From Pavona decussata (taxonomy: Eukaryota): a DNA stretch of 64,000 nucleotides. The notes beneath the pieces are model-generated. The model was not told the DNA's origin and made no database searches. It worked only from the letters and a program-made list of their open reading frames with translations. Both the position numbers and the translations under genes were made by a program. The stretch lies in the NCBI GenBank assembly GCA_977016875.1, contig CDRNST010000010.1, positions 1-64,000 of the forward strand. The letters run 5' to 3'. Shown piece after piece: positions 25,743 through 37,772 of the stretch. Within the stretch, counting starts at the first letter, position 1; each line of letters opens with the position of its first letter.

Positions 25743-27478
25743 CTTTGGATTCTTTTTTTTTTTTGTATCTCACCTATTTTGTTTTTTTTTCTGTTTAGCG
25801 TTTTTCGGCACCAACCCTTATTTATTTATTTATTTATCTATTTATTTATTTTGGCCTTTTTCGTTGTTATTGAACCCCTGAGACCGCTATATTAGGTAGC
25901 TCGGTTTATGCCGCGGTTCAGGCACAAAAACAAATACAAAATTTTAAAAAACCCACCAACAACACACACACACACACAAAAAAAATACAAAACTATTTCA
26001 AAACAAATCAACAAAAACAGTTCATGTAACCAATTATTTTTAAATTTTCATCCCTGTGCTTTTTCCAATTCCTTGTTTTCTTTTTGCTTTTATTGCTCGA
26101 CCCAGGAGGGTTTCGAGCTAAGATGGGAGGAATGTGATGAGAGGATTTATAGAGATTTAGCTTAATTTGCCTTGCTGATAAAAATATAAAAACCAACGTA
26201 GAAAATAATAAGTTCCTTAGTTTCAAGTTCAGTAAACCGTAAACACAACCTGTAGTATTCATTTAGGCCTAAACGGTTCCTATAAGATCATAACTGTAAT
26301 TGAGCGTTGAAGTGTTATTGTAAGCTGCACTAGCCTTTCGTTAAACTGTTATCCACCTGTGTAACTTTTGAAAGTAATTAATGTTTCAGAGCTTAGGATT
26401 TACCCAATAGCCTTTCAGAAATGATTGTTGTATGCTGTAATCTGACTCGTTGGCAAATGATGTAATTCGAATGCTTTACTAGCTCTACACATAAATGCAA
26501 GTGCTTTGTAAGATTTTTCCTATATTCTAGTTATAGTTTTGGTATTAAACTCTAAGTTGGAGCCAAGTTCTGTGTGGTTTTACTGTCTCAGAGAAATTCG
26601 CTTGCCGTAAGAGATCTCGGTCCTTCCCGCAGCCAGCGAGTGTTCCCCCAGGAGAAAGGCCTTTACCGAAGTGTTTTTGAAGAGTTTCCCCGTCCGTCCA
26701 TATTTCCGTTTTGTGAAGGCAAAACCTGTTTTCACAATGCCAACTCAATCGTTCTCAGTTCAATTTTTACTCTTCTTTTAGCCTTAAACTAAAATCTGTT
26801 TCGACAGGATCTTAGTAAAACTTGATTACTTTCAGGCTAGCGATTTGAATTGCTGTATTGGAATTCAGCCTTTCAGATATCTTAGGTTTACCAAATTTTT
26901 GCACGAACAAAGAAACCCTGTCTAATTTCTTATTCCTTTGATGATCCGACTCATCTCAGCTGCGAACACCTAGTTTTCGCATAACAATAACGTTTATCTT
27001 TAGAAAAACCAGTTAACTTTAGTATTTCGCATAAATATAGCTGCTGTAATCAGACTAAGCGCATTCTGTAGTCTTGATCTTTTGATCCTGAGCTGTGCGC
27101 ACCTTGACTATCTTTGGAAAATAAACAAGTTGGACCAATCCTTGGACTCGTAAAATCTGTCTCGTAACAGATTTCTGGTGGACAGGACCGGGTAGACGAC
27201 ACAAGTACCTCTCGCAGCAAAAAGCACGGAAACCAGGGAAATTGTGTGTACAAGTACCATGGTGTTTTAAGGAAGTCAAGCCACCCCAAATGCCGATCGT
27301 ACAAAGTGTAGAATTATTTTGAATTTAGGTAGCGCTAACCTTTAAGCAAGACGCTTCTTAAAAGTATCTTGCGCGGTTAAGCGAGACTATTTAAGGACAC
27401 CAACATCATTTGAGGGCACTACGATTGAGACTATCAATTGATCATTGTTATTGCTATGATTGTCTGAGTTGCAAAACA
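25681..27478 (+). mobile_element. PPT plus probable LTR (~1.8 kb)
   Basis: ggggggagc then (t>c)gtaatt at 25691; ...aaaaCA at 27478 followed by a PBS-like motif; parts are homologous to 43696-44450. Confidence 0.5.
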
Positions 27479-27481
27479 TTT

Positions 27482-27600
27482 TGTGAGATGCAGTCGGGTT
27501 CAATTTTTGCTTCAAACTGCTAACAAGATCGAAAACGTGGTGTGAGATGCAGTCAGGTTCAATTTTTGCTTCAAACTGCTAACAAGATCGAAAACGTGGT
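27482..27600 (+). repeat. 59-bp tandem duplication containing a degenerate PBS (tggtg-gagatgc, tRNA-Ala-like)
   Basis: Two copies with period 59 immediately after the putative LTR end; the tRNA assignment is tentative. Confidence 0.55.
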
Positions 27601-27685
27601 TGTCCACTAACACTAAAGGACTTTCAAACTCTTAGGATACCAAATACTGTGAGGGGAATTGTAAACAATTTGCCGTTGACAAACA

Positions 27686-28867
27686 ATGAGTTACACAACT
27701 AAAAAGCAAAAACAACACGCTTACTCAGCCACACATGCCGAGTCCACCTACTGCAACAGGCACATCAGGGACTGTAGAAATTGAAGGCGAACCTAATAAC
27801 ACTGCATCTAACGCGACAGCTATGGCTCTTACTTTCAATGATGTTGCGAGGCTATTACAACAACAAAGCGAACACCACACAGAACAAAGCGAACACCACA
27901 CAGAACAATTACAGCAACAGATGCACGCGTTCGCCAAAACATTTGAAAAATCATACACTTCCATGCCGATTAGCGGTTCCAATAACATTAAGTTCCCATC
28001 GTTATTAGGGGACGCTAGTGCAGACGTAAACAGTTTTCTTTGGCAATTTAACTTGACGGCAGCTTTTTAAAAACTAAACAGCTTTCAAAAAGCGGATATG
28101 TTGCCATTATTGTTAACTGGAAATGCAAACGTTTGGTTCTCAGCCTCTATGCTATCCAGCGCCACATTTGAACAACTTAGCGACGCACTTAAGAAACATT
28201 TTCATACTGAATCAGATGTTTGCTTATTACGGCAACAATTACTCAACAAAAAACAAGCGCCTAATGAAAGTGTAACCCAATTTGCTTCTGAAATTCGTAA
28301 ATTATACCAACGATTGAATATGCCCGCAGAAGAGTGTGAATAATTTGTTGAATGGCCTAAAGTCGGAACTAAAGAACTATGTTATCTTGCAATGACCAAA
28401 AACGTTTGCAGAAGCAGAAAAACATGCCAAATTACGAGAGGCACTTCCAGAAGCCAAGCCTAAAGATCGGACTGATGAGATACTGAATGTTTTAGCAAAA
28501 ATGAAGAATTCAGAAGAGCCAAAAACAACGCGCCTTTCACTACTAGTCAGGCCCCAAGGGCGGGTTATTCGCAAGAGAAACCCCGGGCAGGGATGAAGTC
28601 ACGCAGTTAATTAGGCAAGAATTAAGGCGATCAAGAAATCAGCAAAGTCAGGGACAGGATTATCGCAATAGGCGTACATTTGATGGCCGTCCCATTTGTA
28701 ATTATTGCCGAAAGCCAGGCCATGTTGCGTATGTTTGTAGAAAGCGTCAGGCTGATAACGGAGATCCACGCATACCAATTCCACAAAACCGCCCGTTCCC
28801 AAACCATAATAAGCCTACTCCACATCCATCCAGCTCACCAGTTTCCAACCAACAGACTTTAAACTAA
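27686..28867 (+). pseudogene. gag: Gypsy gag (capsid plus CCHC nucleocapsid), interrupted
   Basis: LPLLLTGNANVWF...FEQLSDALKKHF...KQAPNESVTQFASEI; FVEWPK/GLK region; zinc knuckle CNYCRKPGHVAYVC (CX2CX4HX4C). Confidence 0.9.
28858..28867 (+). promoter_or_regulatory. -1 ribosomal frameshift slippery site T TTA AAC at the gag stop
   Basis: gag ends ACT TTA AAC TAA; the -1 frame is open and continues into the 28993 ORF. Confidence 0.75.
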
Positions 28868-31800
28868 ACACGACTTCGGTTGAACCGAGACAACTGGAAG
28901 TTGCTTTACAACAGGATTTAATTAATTCACTGACGGATAGATTTGTTGTTAATGCCGACACCGGCAGATTTGATAGCCTTTCTACGGATGATTTGAATCT
29001 GAAAACAAACACGAGGAACACAACAGACAATTGGAATACGGATAAAAGTTTGAACACTATAATCAGAAATACAATGAATTCACCATCGCTTGGGATACAC
29101 GGACGCACAACTACCAAAAGAAACGAGCCTGTAATCTCGGACAGACTCGAATCAAACGCAAAGCCGACACACATTTTTCATGCCATAAAGTCACATGCGA
29201 AAACAAAACGCATACATCGCTCGTTAGCACAAACTAATGAACACACATCACAACAAAACAAACCGTTGGATTGTACGAAAGGGGTCATGAGCCATTCTTT
29301 TGAAAATACAGCAGTAGGACAATTAGCAGAATTGAACACAATAAACGTTCTCGAGGAAATAAAATTGAATAGTGCTGAAATCAATAATGGAATTTTCATG
29401 GATAACGAGGGAACTGAACATTCCTCTCTAGCTCCACAAAACAAGGGCACACAAGAGACTGACGATAAATTAGATACGAGCCAGAGAGATACAATTCACG
29501 ATAATTCAGAACAAAGTATAAAAACAGAAATCAATAATAGAGAAGAGACCGATGTAAATGACATACGAGAAATAATAGAAGAAACTTCAATAAAAAACCT
29601 GCTCGGGTTCGAAAGCAATAGTGAATATGAGATTAAGGCAACTTTAAGAGAAGAATTAAACTCAAACCCAGAAATTAGCCATGATAGAGTGACCCATTTG
29701 GAAACAAATGATGATATTCCGGTCTCACGAAAACAAGCTGATTTGATCATCCTCCGACCACAAGAGGCAAAGAGAGGAAATGAAATAGGCCAAAGTTTAT
29801 ACGAGGAGCGTGAAATTTATTGTTGTTAAGTCGAATTTCCACAGAAAGAACCTAAGCTGATAGTTACTACTCAAGACCCACGAAAACTGAAAACACAACC
29901 TAAGGGACAACAAGCAATGAACGATATTTCAACAACAGATTACAGTAATACGACTGAAAACTATTCTGCATTAAACTGAATTAACCCTTGACAAAAACAT
30001 ACAGGGGAACCACACACGTAACATGTTACTGACCACAGCCGTAACCGCTGACCATGCACCTAACACGTTAGTGACAACAGCCATTACCGCTGGCCACACA
30101 CCTGTAACCCTAGGGACCACACCCCTTACTATGGACCACATGGGTGATACCCTAGCAACCACACCCTCTACCGCTGACCAACACCTACCATCTGAGCCTG
30201 ACACGCCTTTCATATCGTTAGTGAATCATCATTTAGCTCCACTCACATATCCCTCACATAACATCCCTATCGAAGGACACATAGATGGAAATCCAGTTAC
30301 TTATTTGATTGACACAGGGGCGAGTGTTAGCGCTATTTGCGCCGAAATTTGGCGACAACTTCCAACAATGACTAAACACCCACCTACCCCCACGCACATC
30401 AAAACTATATCAGCAGTTAATGGCCAAAGAATACCAGTACTAGGACAAGTTGAGTTACCATTTTCAATTCATGGGAAAACATACGTTTTCAAGGCGTTTA
30501 TTATAGAAATAATCGCTTATGATGTAGTTTTAGGCCGCGACTTCCTTGAACATTATAAGGCAAAGATAGACTTGCAGGATCATGTGTTAGAATTACTTGG
30601 GGATACCCCCACACAGAAGCCACTACCCTCCGCTGCTGTGGATGACCACAGGGAACCCAACATTTGTTTTGTCCATGCTCAGGCCAGTTTTGTGATACCC
30701 CCGAACTCGCAGGGCCTGGTCCCAGGGGAACTAGGGAGCCAACGCCCACTAGGAGAGGTGGGGTTAGTACAGTCATGTGATGACCTACCTAGTAGATATA
30801 ATATCTTGGCAGCGACCCAGCTTGTTAAGACATGGGAAGGCAACTCAGTCCCAGTTAGGTTACTCAACCCTACTGAACAACCCATTAAGATTTTTCGACG
30901 CACACGTCTGGGAACATATACTACTGAGGACCTGCTATCAACACTTATGACCTTTTACAATCAGATCTACAAGCTGAGGCAAACCACTATCTCCCAACTG
31001 CCTTGGATAAGGAACCACGTACACCCCAGAACATAGACTCCTCTAGATTAAATACAGAACAACAGGGAAGGCTCGACCAATTACTTAAGGATTATGATGA
31101 TGTTTTTGCCTATACCCTCGACCAATTGGGTAGGTGTTTCTTGGTCAAACATCAGATAGATACTGGGGATCATCGCACCTACCGTGCGATCGTGACCAGA
31201 CTCCCCACATGCCGAAAACAAGAACGGCGCACCTAGAACCCTACTTTCAGATCGTGGGAGTAACTTTCTCTCCCAGTTAGTCAGTGAAGTTGCAAATTAT
31301 ACAGTATCAAGAAGTTGAACACCACAGCGTATCATCCACAAACGGATGGGTTAGTTGAACGCATGAACTCCACTCTTTGCCAAAACCTTATCCATGTTTG
31401 TAAGTAAAAATCAAAAGGACTGGTTCGTTTTTATCCCTGCAGCTCTTTTTGCTTTTTGCACATCTCTGTCTTAATGCACAGGGGAATCCCCTTTCTATTT
31501 GCTCTACGGGTGGGAACCGTCTACCAATGGACATCAGTTTACTACCCCCTGGGGACCCTGCCAGCTCAATCATCGAGCACTGTCGTAGGATAGTTAAAAA
31601 TATCGAGATAGTACAACAGCTCGCTCGGGATAACATTGCACGTACCCAACAGAAAATTAAGGAATATTATGATCGGTCAACCAGGGACCCTAACTACGTT
31701 GAGGGATCCAAGGTGTGGGTTTATGTTCCAAAAACATACATGCAAGAAATTACTACACAATTACCATGGCCCCTATAGGGTTGTCGAGCGGCTTAGCCCT

Positions 31801-32284
31801 GTGCATCTTTGTCTGCGCAGATGCTCGAATAAGCCCGTAAGCTCTATTCATGCAAATCGCATGAAACCTTTCATAGACCCACGGGACCGACCAATCACGC
31901 CACCTCCAGACGTTGACAACGAGTTTTATGTTACTGACCTCGATCTTCCGGCTGACAGTTTTGAACCGCCACCTCCACTAACCAGATACCAACGGCACTA
32001 TCTCTCCTCCCACTAACGGTCCAGACACACACATCATATCCCCAACTGACACAAACCAGTCTCTTGATAAACCAACCGCTTACGACACAACGTCAAAGGC
32101 TCTAATTGACAATGAGACCATTTATAATGCAGAACGACTTCTTGAAAGTCGGATCCAAAATGGGCAAGTACAGTACCTTGTGAAATGGGTAGGATACCCC
32201 GAATCTGAAGCTACTTGGGAACCTGAATCTAATATTCTTGATCACCGATTTTTGGAGGATTTCCACGTGAGGACTACCTCATAA
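28858..32284 (+). pseudogene. pol: Gypsy pol: long spacer, aspartic protease, dUTPase-like linker, RT start, (RT and RNase H deleted), integrase, chromodomain
   Basis: LIDTGASVSAI, VLGRDFL; IPPNS...VRLLNPT; DYDDVFA...HQIDTGDH joined directly to LSDRGSNF...TTAYHPQTDGLVERMN; YHGPYRV; YNAERLL...YLVKWVGYPESEATWEPESNI. Confidence 0.92.
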
Positions 32285-32325
32285 TCTATCATTTATTACT
32301 CTTTTCTTGTAGATAATAGTTCACA

Positions 32326-33012
32326 ATGTCGACCACACATGTACCTCGCGTTCTTGTTCCTGGCCATTCTTTTGTTCAACATTTGGAACATTTTATGGGA
32401 CAGACAAGCTTACCTTGTGTTGAAAATAATTTTGCATTGCGTTCATCTAGGGAACTCTAATTTCATGGTATTGGGGGGCGCACGCTATCCCTCCCACTTC
32501 GTTACGATCTGCCTGTAGTTCGAGCTTTTCAGCCGATGGTGATTCTGTTAGAAATTGGGTCTAATGATCTCTGTAACCCTAACATCACTACTCACGAGCT
32601 AGCTAATGATATCGTACAACTAATTGTTCACTTTCATTTTCAATTCGGGGTGGATCACGTTATTCTCGGCCAAATTCTTCCACGGATTACTCCACAGCCT
32701 CAGTGTCCCGATTATAATTCACGTGTACATGCACTAAATCGCATTCTGATAACTTGCCTGAAACATATACATTTTGCTACCATCTGGTTTCACCCTAAGG
32801 TTACTAATCATTCTCTTTTGTTGTTTTCATACGATGGGGTTCATCTAAACATGACAGGGAACCATCTCCTTCACCACTACAGCTATCGTAACGCTTTGAG
32901 TGTTTGTCAGAGGCGATTAAAACGTCTGGCCAGTAACAGACGTCGTTTGCTTTCTCGTAGGGCAACATGGTCTACTCGCCCCCAACAAGCTCTCTGTTAT
33001 ACACCCTTCTAA
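32326..33012 (+). pseudogene. SGNH/GDSL-like hydrolase between pol and env (one premature stop at 32458)
   Basis: Block I VLVPGHSFV, block II GIGGR, block III EIGSNDL, block V DGVHLN..G; splice acceptor cttttcttgtag ending at 32312. Confidence 0.88.
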
Positions 33013-33240
33013 TTCTTTTGTGCCTTTTAGCTATGCCTTCTCCACAACGTGGAGATGACATGGATGCCACCGGCAAGAAAGTAACATTTTATCCATCCTC
33101 ACTAATGCTAAGTAATAACGTTAAACCATTAATTTTCTTTTCTGACACTCGTTTAATGCACCTTACAACTCGCTTACGACCAATTTCTGCAGGTCCTACA
33201 CTAACCATCCAAAACAACTGTTCCATTTCACAATTATTAC
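32967..33240 (+). pseudogene. env: env N-terminus of the 27.7-33.7 kb element (remainder deleted)
   Basis: Signal LLYTLLILLCLLA; DATGKKVTFYPSSLMLSNNVKPLIFFSDTRL aligns with DESGKRITFFPNSSMIASNPCPLILFNDTKL at 22675. Confidence 0.8.
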
Positions 33241-33699
33241 ACAATTATTACGCAGCCCATCTCCGACATCCTACCTCCTTCTGTACTAGATGTGCCAGAA
33301 AGCATCGCCCTACGACCCTTTGCCTTCCTTCACCGTTCTTCAGTAGGGACCACATTCACATACTGTGTATGCTCACTGAAGAAACTCTTTACTGCTCTCC
33401 ATCGGAGTACACCAAAGAGGACTTTCTTCTCGTCGGCAGCTATTTTTTTGTTTCACGAAGTATACTTTTGGGGACAGTTTCCTTCCACGCTCACACGGGC
33501 ACATACACAATTCTCCTCATTCTCGTACGAAAGTACCTCTCTTCTTGATCAGATGTACGCATGCAATTTTCATCTTATGGCCAGCTTTTATCTACGTTAT
33601 TTGGAGGACAAGAATCCTATGCTTGCCCATCATGGACGCATGGCTTACCGTTATAACTTCCCTCGCCATGATGATGATTATGATGACGAGTCTTGGTGA
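33240..33699 (+). pseudogene. ORF-X homologue (frameshifted)
   Basis: HLRHPTSFCTRCARKHRPTTLC and MASFYLRYLEDKNPMLAHHGRMAY match the ORF-X knuckle and C-terminus. Confidence 0.55.
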
Positions 33700-33718
33700 T
33701 AGCCGGGAGGCTACACTT

Positions 33719-33900
33719 AAAGGGGGAAAAATTATGTAGCAAGCTAAATATTCCCTCCTTTAGGAACTCTTATTGTGAACTCTATATATCTATCAGTAAT
33801 TAGTGTTTATTTGTGTTTGGTTAATTTCTGCCTCGGAAGGCATTTTCGGTCGCTGTAACATTAAGTAATTTTTTCATTCTAAGATAAAATAATCATTTGC
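33719..33900 (+). mobile_element. PPT plus start of 3' LTR (extent unknown)
   Basis: aaagggggaaaaatta then TGTAGC at 33735. Confidence 0.6.
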
Positions 33901-35278
33901 GCTTTGTTTGAAAATAAGTTGCCGAAACATATCCAAAATATTTATCGCTATTTATTCCATGCTATTTATTCAAAAAAAACATGCTTATTCCGAGTTACTA
34001 TTTATTCAATATCCGTTTATTCAGGAGGTGAAAGGCAAAAGGACCGCTGTTACTTTCAATTAACGCAAAGCGAGGCGGCAAGTACAAGCAGCGTCCTTTT
34101 GCTATCACCGTCCATTTTTCTTCCTTGCTTGTTCATAACGAGGTCTTCGACAAACAGATGAAACATGGCTGTTTTTGCCACCTTTATAGCGAATTGCATT
34201 TCTATCTCTGCGTTTCTATTTCTATCTCTGCATTTCCATTTCTATCTTCATTGTTTTGATTTCCCATGTCTGGAAATTTGCTACTTATTTCTTTCTCGGA
34301 AATATAAATTCCTGATCCGACTAAGAAAACGCCCGTGTTGATACTCGTTGTCAGAAGCCTCATTTTGAGATTATATTTTATGGGGTTATTTCATTGTACT
34401 CAAAATTATATCTTTTGTTTAATTTAAAAAAGTGTCCAACGTTGTTTAGCGAAGAGTTTATTGTGTCCAGTTATTAAGTTGTGGTGTCTTCGAGAGTTGA
34501 ATCGACGAGAACATCACTTGAATTCAATACAGGCATTGACTTTAAAAAAGCTGGAAAAAAGTATATAGTTACAGTAAATTACTCTTCTTATGAGTCTTCT
34601 CTTCCTAAAATAAAATTCTGGCTTGTTCCTTTACCTCTTCCACTCACTTAAAGTTCCCGTAATTACTATTTCTTTTAGAAGGTCATTTAAGGTGAATTCT
34701 GGCGTCCTTGACTTGAGAGGGGATGTTTGCATGTCACACTCATTTCAGTCAGAACAAGCTATATTAAAATTCAGATAGGATGACTCGTTGATACGAGATG
34801 TTTGGTTGTGCGTTTCATTTGTTTTCAATATTTAATCAGTTAGTGTAAACAATAATGTGCATGTTTGAAAGGAGTATTTAATCAACATGTATCGCGGCAC
34901 AAGAAATGAACTTTCTCAGTCTCGTTTACCTACCCCTCTATCAGTGTCAGTTTGGCATAGCTTGACTTCCCTGCAAATTTAGCCGTTTTTACGCAGTTTT
35001 GCGCCTGATTGGAACTTAAAGTTTCGTTGTCACAGCTGTGCTCTTTTCGAAACTTGCGAACATGGTACCGCCGATATTCTTTATTTACTTTAAATTACTG
35101 GTTCCCGACTTTATATTGCCTTTACTATGTTTCATTATGTTTCCACATGCTATATTCAACCCTTCCCTTCTCGGAACACATATAAGCCCACTCAGTTTTG
35201 CTGTTCCTCAAAACACCTTGGAGAAGTCTCCCGTTGCGCTGTTATACTACGTTCTTGTTCAAGTCTTATCTGTCTATC

Positions 35279-35818
35279 ATGGCCACCGTGTCACTAGTCA
35301 TCGAGACCGATGGGTTTCAGCATGGTCCAGAAGCCCATACCATAAAAAGCATCGCGCTGGCAATTTTCGCCACTCGTTCTTGTTTGGTGCGTGTATTTGA
35401 TACGAGCCACCTCATCCATGGGTCGTCCGCGGCGCTCCGAACGTACCGTTACCAGAGCGAATACCGTGGGTTGACAGTGGATGGTGTTGGCCTTCCACAA
35501 GAATACGTAGTTCCACTTATTCTTGGGTTTCTACAACAAGCCATCCTCGATGAATTGGAGCGCGGTCTTCCACTGCCGTTATCTTTCATCTTGTGGACAA
35601 AGGGGGCCGATAAGCGAGACTTTTTCCAACAGTTGTTTGATTCAGCAGCACTGCAACCACCTATCCCCATCATAACCGGCAACCTGGAGGATCTTGACTG
35701 CTCGCCTGCCCAATTTATCTTGGACTCCACAGAGCACCCCACAACGGAACACAGGGCCATGGTCTTCGCCCATTGGTTAGCGGAGACCAGGCTCTGTTCA
35801 AGACCCCAGCCGCAGTAA
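35279..35818 (+). CDS. DnaQ/Maelstrom-like accessory ORF, family B
   Basis: Open 179-aa ORF with VIETDGFQHG, IKSIAL, RVFDT, RTY..QS, LDELER, LWTKG..K, NLEDLDC, TTEHRA. Confidence 0.65.
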   Translation: MATVSLVIETDGFQHGPEAHTIKSIALAIFATRSCLVRVFDTSHLIHGSSAALRTYRYQSEYRGLTVDGVGLPQEYVVPLILGFLQQAILDELERGLPLPLSFILWTKGADKRDFFQQLFDSAALQPPIPIITGNLEDLDCSPAQFILDSTEHPTTEHRAMVFAHWLAETRLCSRPQPQ

Positions 35819-37235
35819 CCAGGCCAAGGGAACATTCCACACAAGTTATGAACAGTGTATCTATCAGTTGTGTTCGTTTCATAAAATTTTCTTTTCCATT
35901 ACTGTAAATTCGTACACTTTCATTCTTTCCGGTGTTGCGTGTGTAAGGTTTTTTTTTTTTCGTACTTCCTATATACTGCTTTACTTACTTTATTGAAACT
36001 AGACAAAATACATCATCGTATTGGGAGAAGATTGGACTGGAAAATTAGTGTACAAAATCAAAGTTGGAACAAAGGAGAAGATTGCAAAGTACGAGGGAAT
36101 GCGGATATGGCTAAGCGCAATGGGTGAAGAGCAAATGATAAAGGTGTTACTATGGGCCGTTGGAAACATAAAACACACTTAAGTCAATAAACAAAGAGCA
36201 GAACAAGGCGGGCGGGCGCGAAAAGGAGAAAGCAGAACAAAGTGGTGAGCGATTTGCTAAAAGAATAAGAAAGGGTGGTGGAAACAACGGTGAGCACCAG
36301 TCAAACTACCGAGCATATCTTGGAAATGGAAGATATTGTCTGGAAAAGGCAACTGCCAATGAACGACAAAGACAGATTATTGCTGGAGGAAATTGATCAC
36401 CTCAATGAGTTGGAACACCAACTTACAGACATGATGGAATGAAATACTCCTGGATACAGATTCGCTATTCATGCACCAAGAGAATGGAACTTAAAATTAT
36501 TATTAATATTATTATTATTATTCGGAAGTCCAGCATGATCTCGAGCTTTAAAAGAGCACTTAAGACGTTTTTGTTTTCTAAAGTCAGTAATAACAGATGA
36601 TTGTTTCTATAGATTTGCATATATAAGCGACAATTTTAATTTAGTATGCTACCTACAAAGACTCCTGTTTCACTCTAAATGGTATTTCATTTAATTCCAT
36701 CGACACACAAATAACACAATGTAACATTAATTAATGTATATGCACATATGAACCCTTGTTGTACAATGTTCTTTTGAATTACAAGTTGAGTCACAATAAA
36801 GCTCTGTTGGACCAATTTCTTGTTCCTGTTGTTGAAATTCTGTCCAGTTCGTGGTTAGATCCTGGTACAACCTAGAGAAACGACAATCTCTCCCTGCGAG
36901 CGAGTGCTCCCAATTGAGTTAAATTTTCCCTGTTGCGTTCCTGTTAAGCTTTTGTTACGGTCTCCAGATATTTCTTGCAGAAGTAGGAAAACATCTACTG
37001 TTACAGGGAACAAAAGCGAATCAAGGAACGAAAAAATGAAGAGAAGGGTTAGCAGGGCTGGGTGTGTGGTTAAAAGGAGAAAGAGGAAGGATGAAACAAG
37101 GAAGATTAAACAATATTGGCAGATCGCATGATGGGGGTAGACGAAGATTGTGAAAAGAGAAAGCAAGAAGTGAAGAATAGAAAGAAAGAGACCGCGAAGA
37201 AAGGACGAGATGAAGACAAGACCAGCAAGCAAACA

Positions 37236-37478
37236 ACGTACAATACATTAGACCATGATCTCACACATCGACTTCAAAACATGAAGCGCGAAATTGACTC
37301 CATTCACCAGTCACCACATGCCGGTTTATTTACAATTTTAGTTATCTGTTGTTTCGCACTAACCAGCTGCAATTTTCTGGTGTTAGTCATTGGGTATTGC
37401 ATCTATTCCAAAAAACGGTCGCAGCCTGTCCCTCCATCAGCTTCAGTTCGACATAGCTCGAGGTCCACGCACACCTAG
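37236..37478 (+). pseudogene. env: env C-terminus (membrane-proximal heptad, TM, tail)
   Basis: TYNTLDHDLTHRLQNMKREIDSI...LFTILVICCFALTSCNFLVLVIGYCIY is homologous to 24420-24600. Confidence 0.75.
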
Positions 37479-37772
37479 CTGTTTTGCCACAGTTTTGCGC
37501 CTCATTGGAACCTCGGGTTTCGGGGTCGCAGCTGTGTTCTTTTTAAAACATGTGAACGCAGTATCGCCGATATTTTTTATTGACTTTAAATTGCTGATTT
37601 CCGTGTTTATTGCCTTTACTAAGTTTCATTATGTTTCCACGTGCCCCATTCAACCCTTCCCTTCTCGGAACACATATAAGCCCGCTCAGTTTTGCTGTTT
37701 CTCAAAACACCTTGGAGAAGTCTCCCGTTGCGCTGTTACACTACGTTCTTAATCAAATCTTATCTGTCTATC

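Noticed and set aside
25691-33900. A single intact provirus with paired LTRs
   Set aside because: The sequences after the PPTs at 25691 and 33735 do not match, no TSD is identifiable, and the RT is deleted; the region is chimeric
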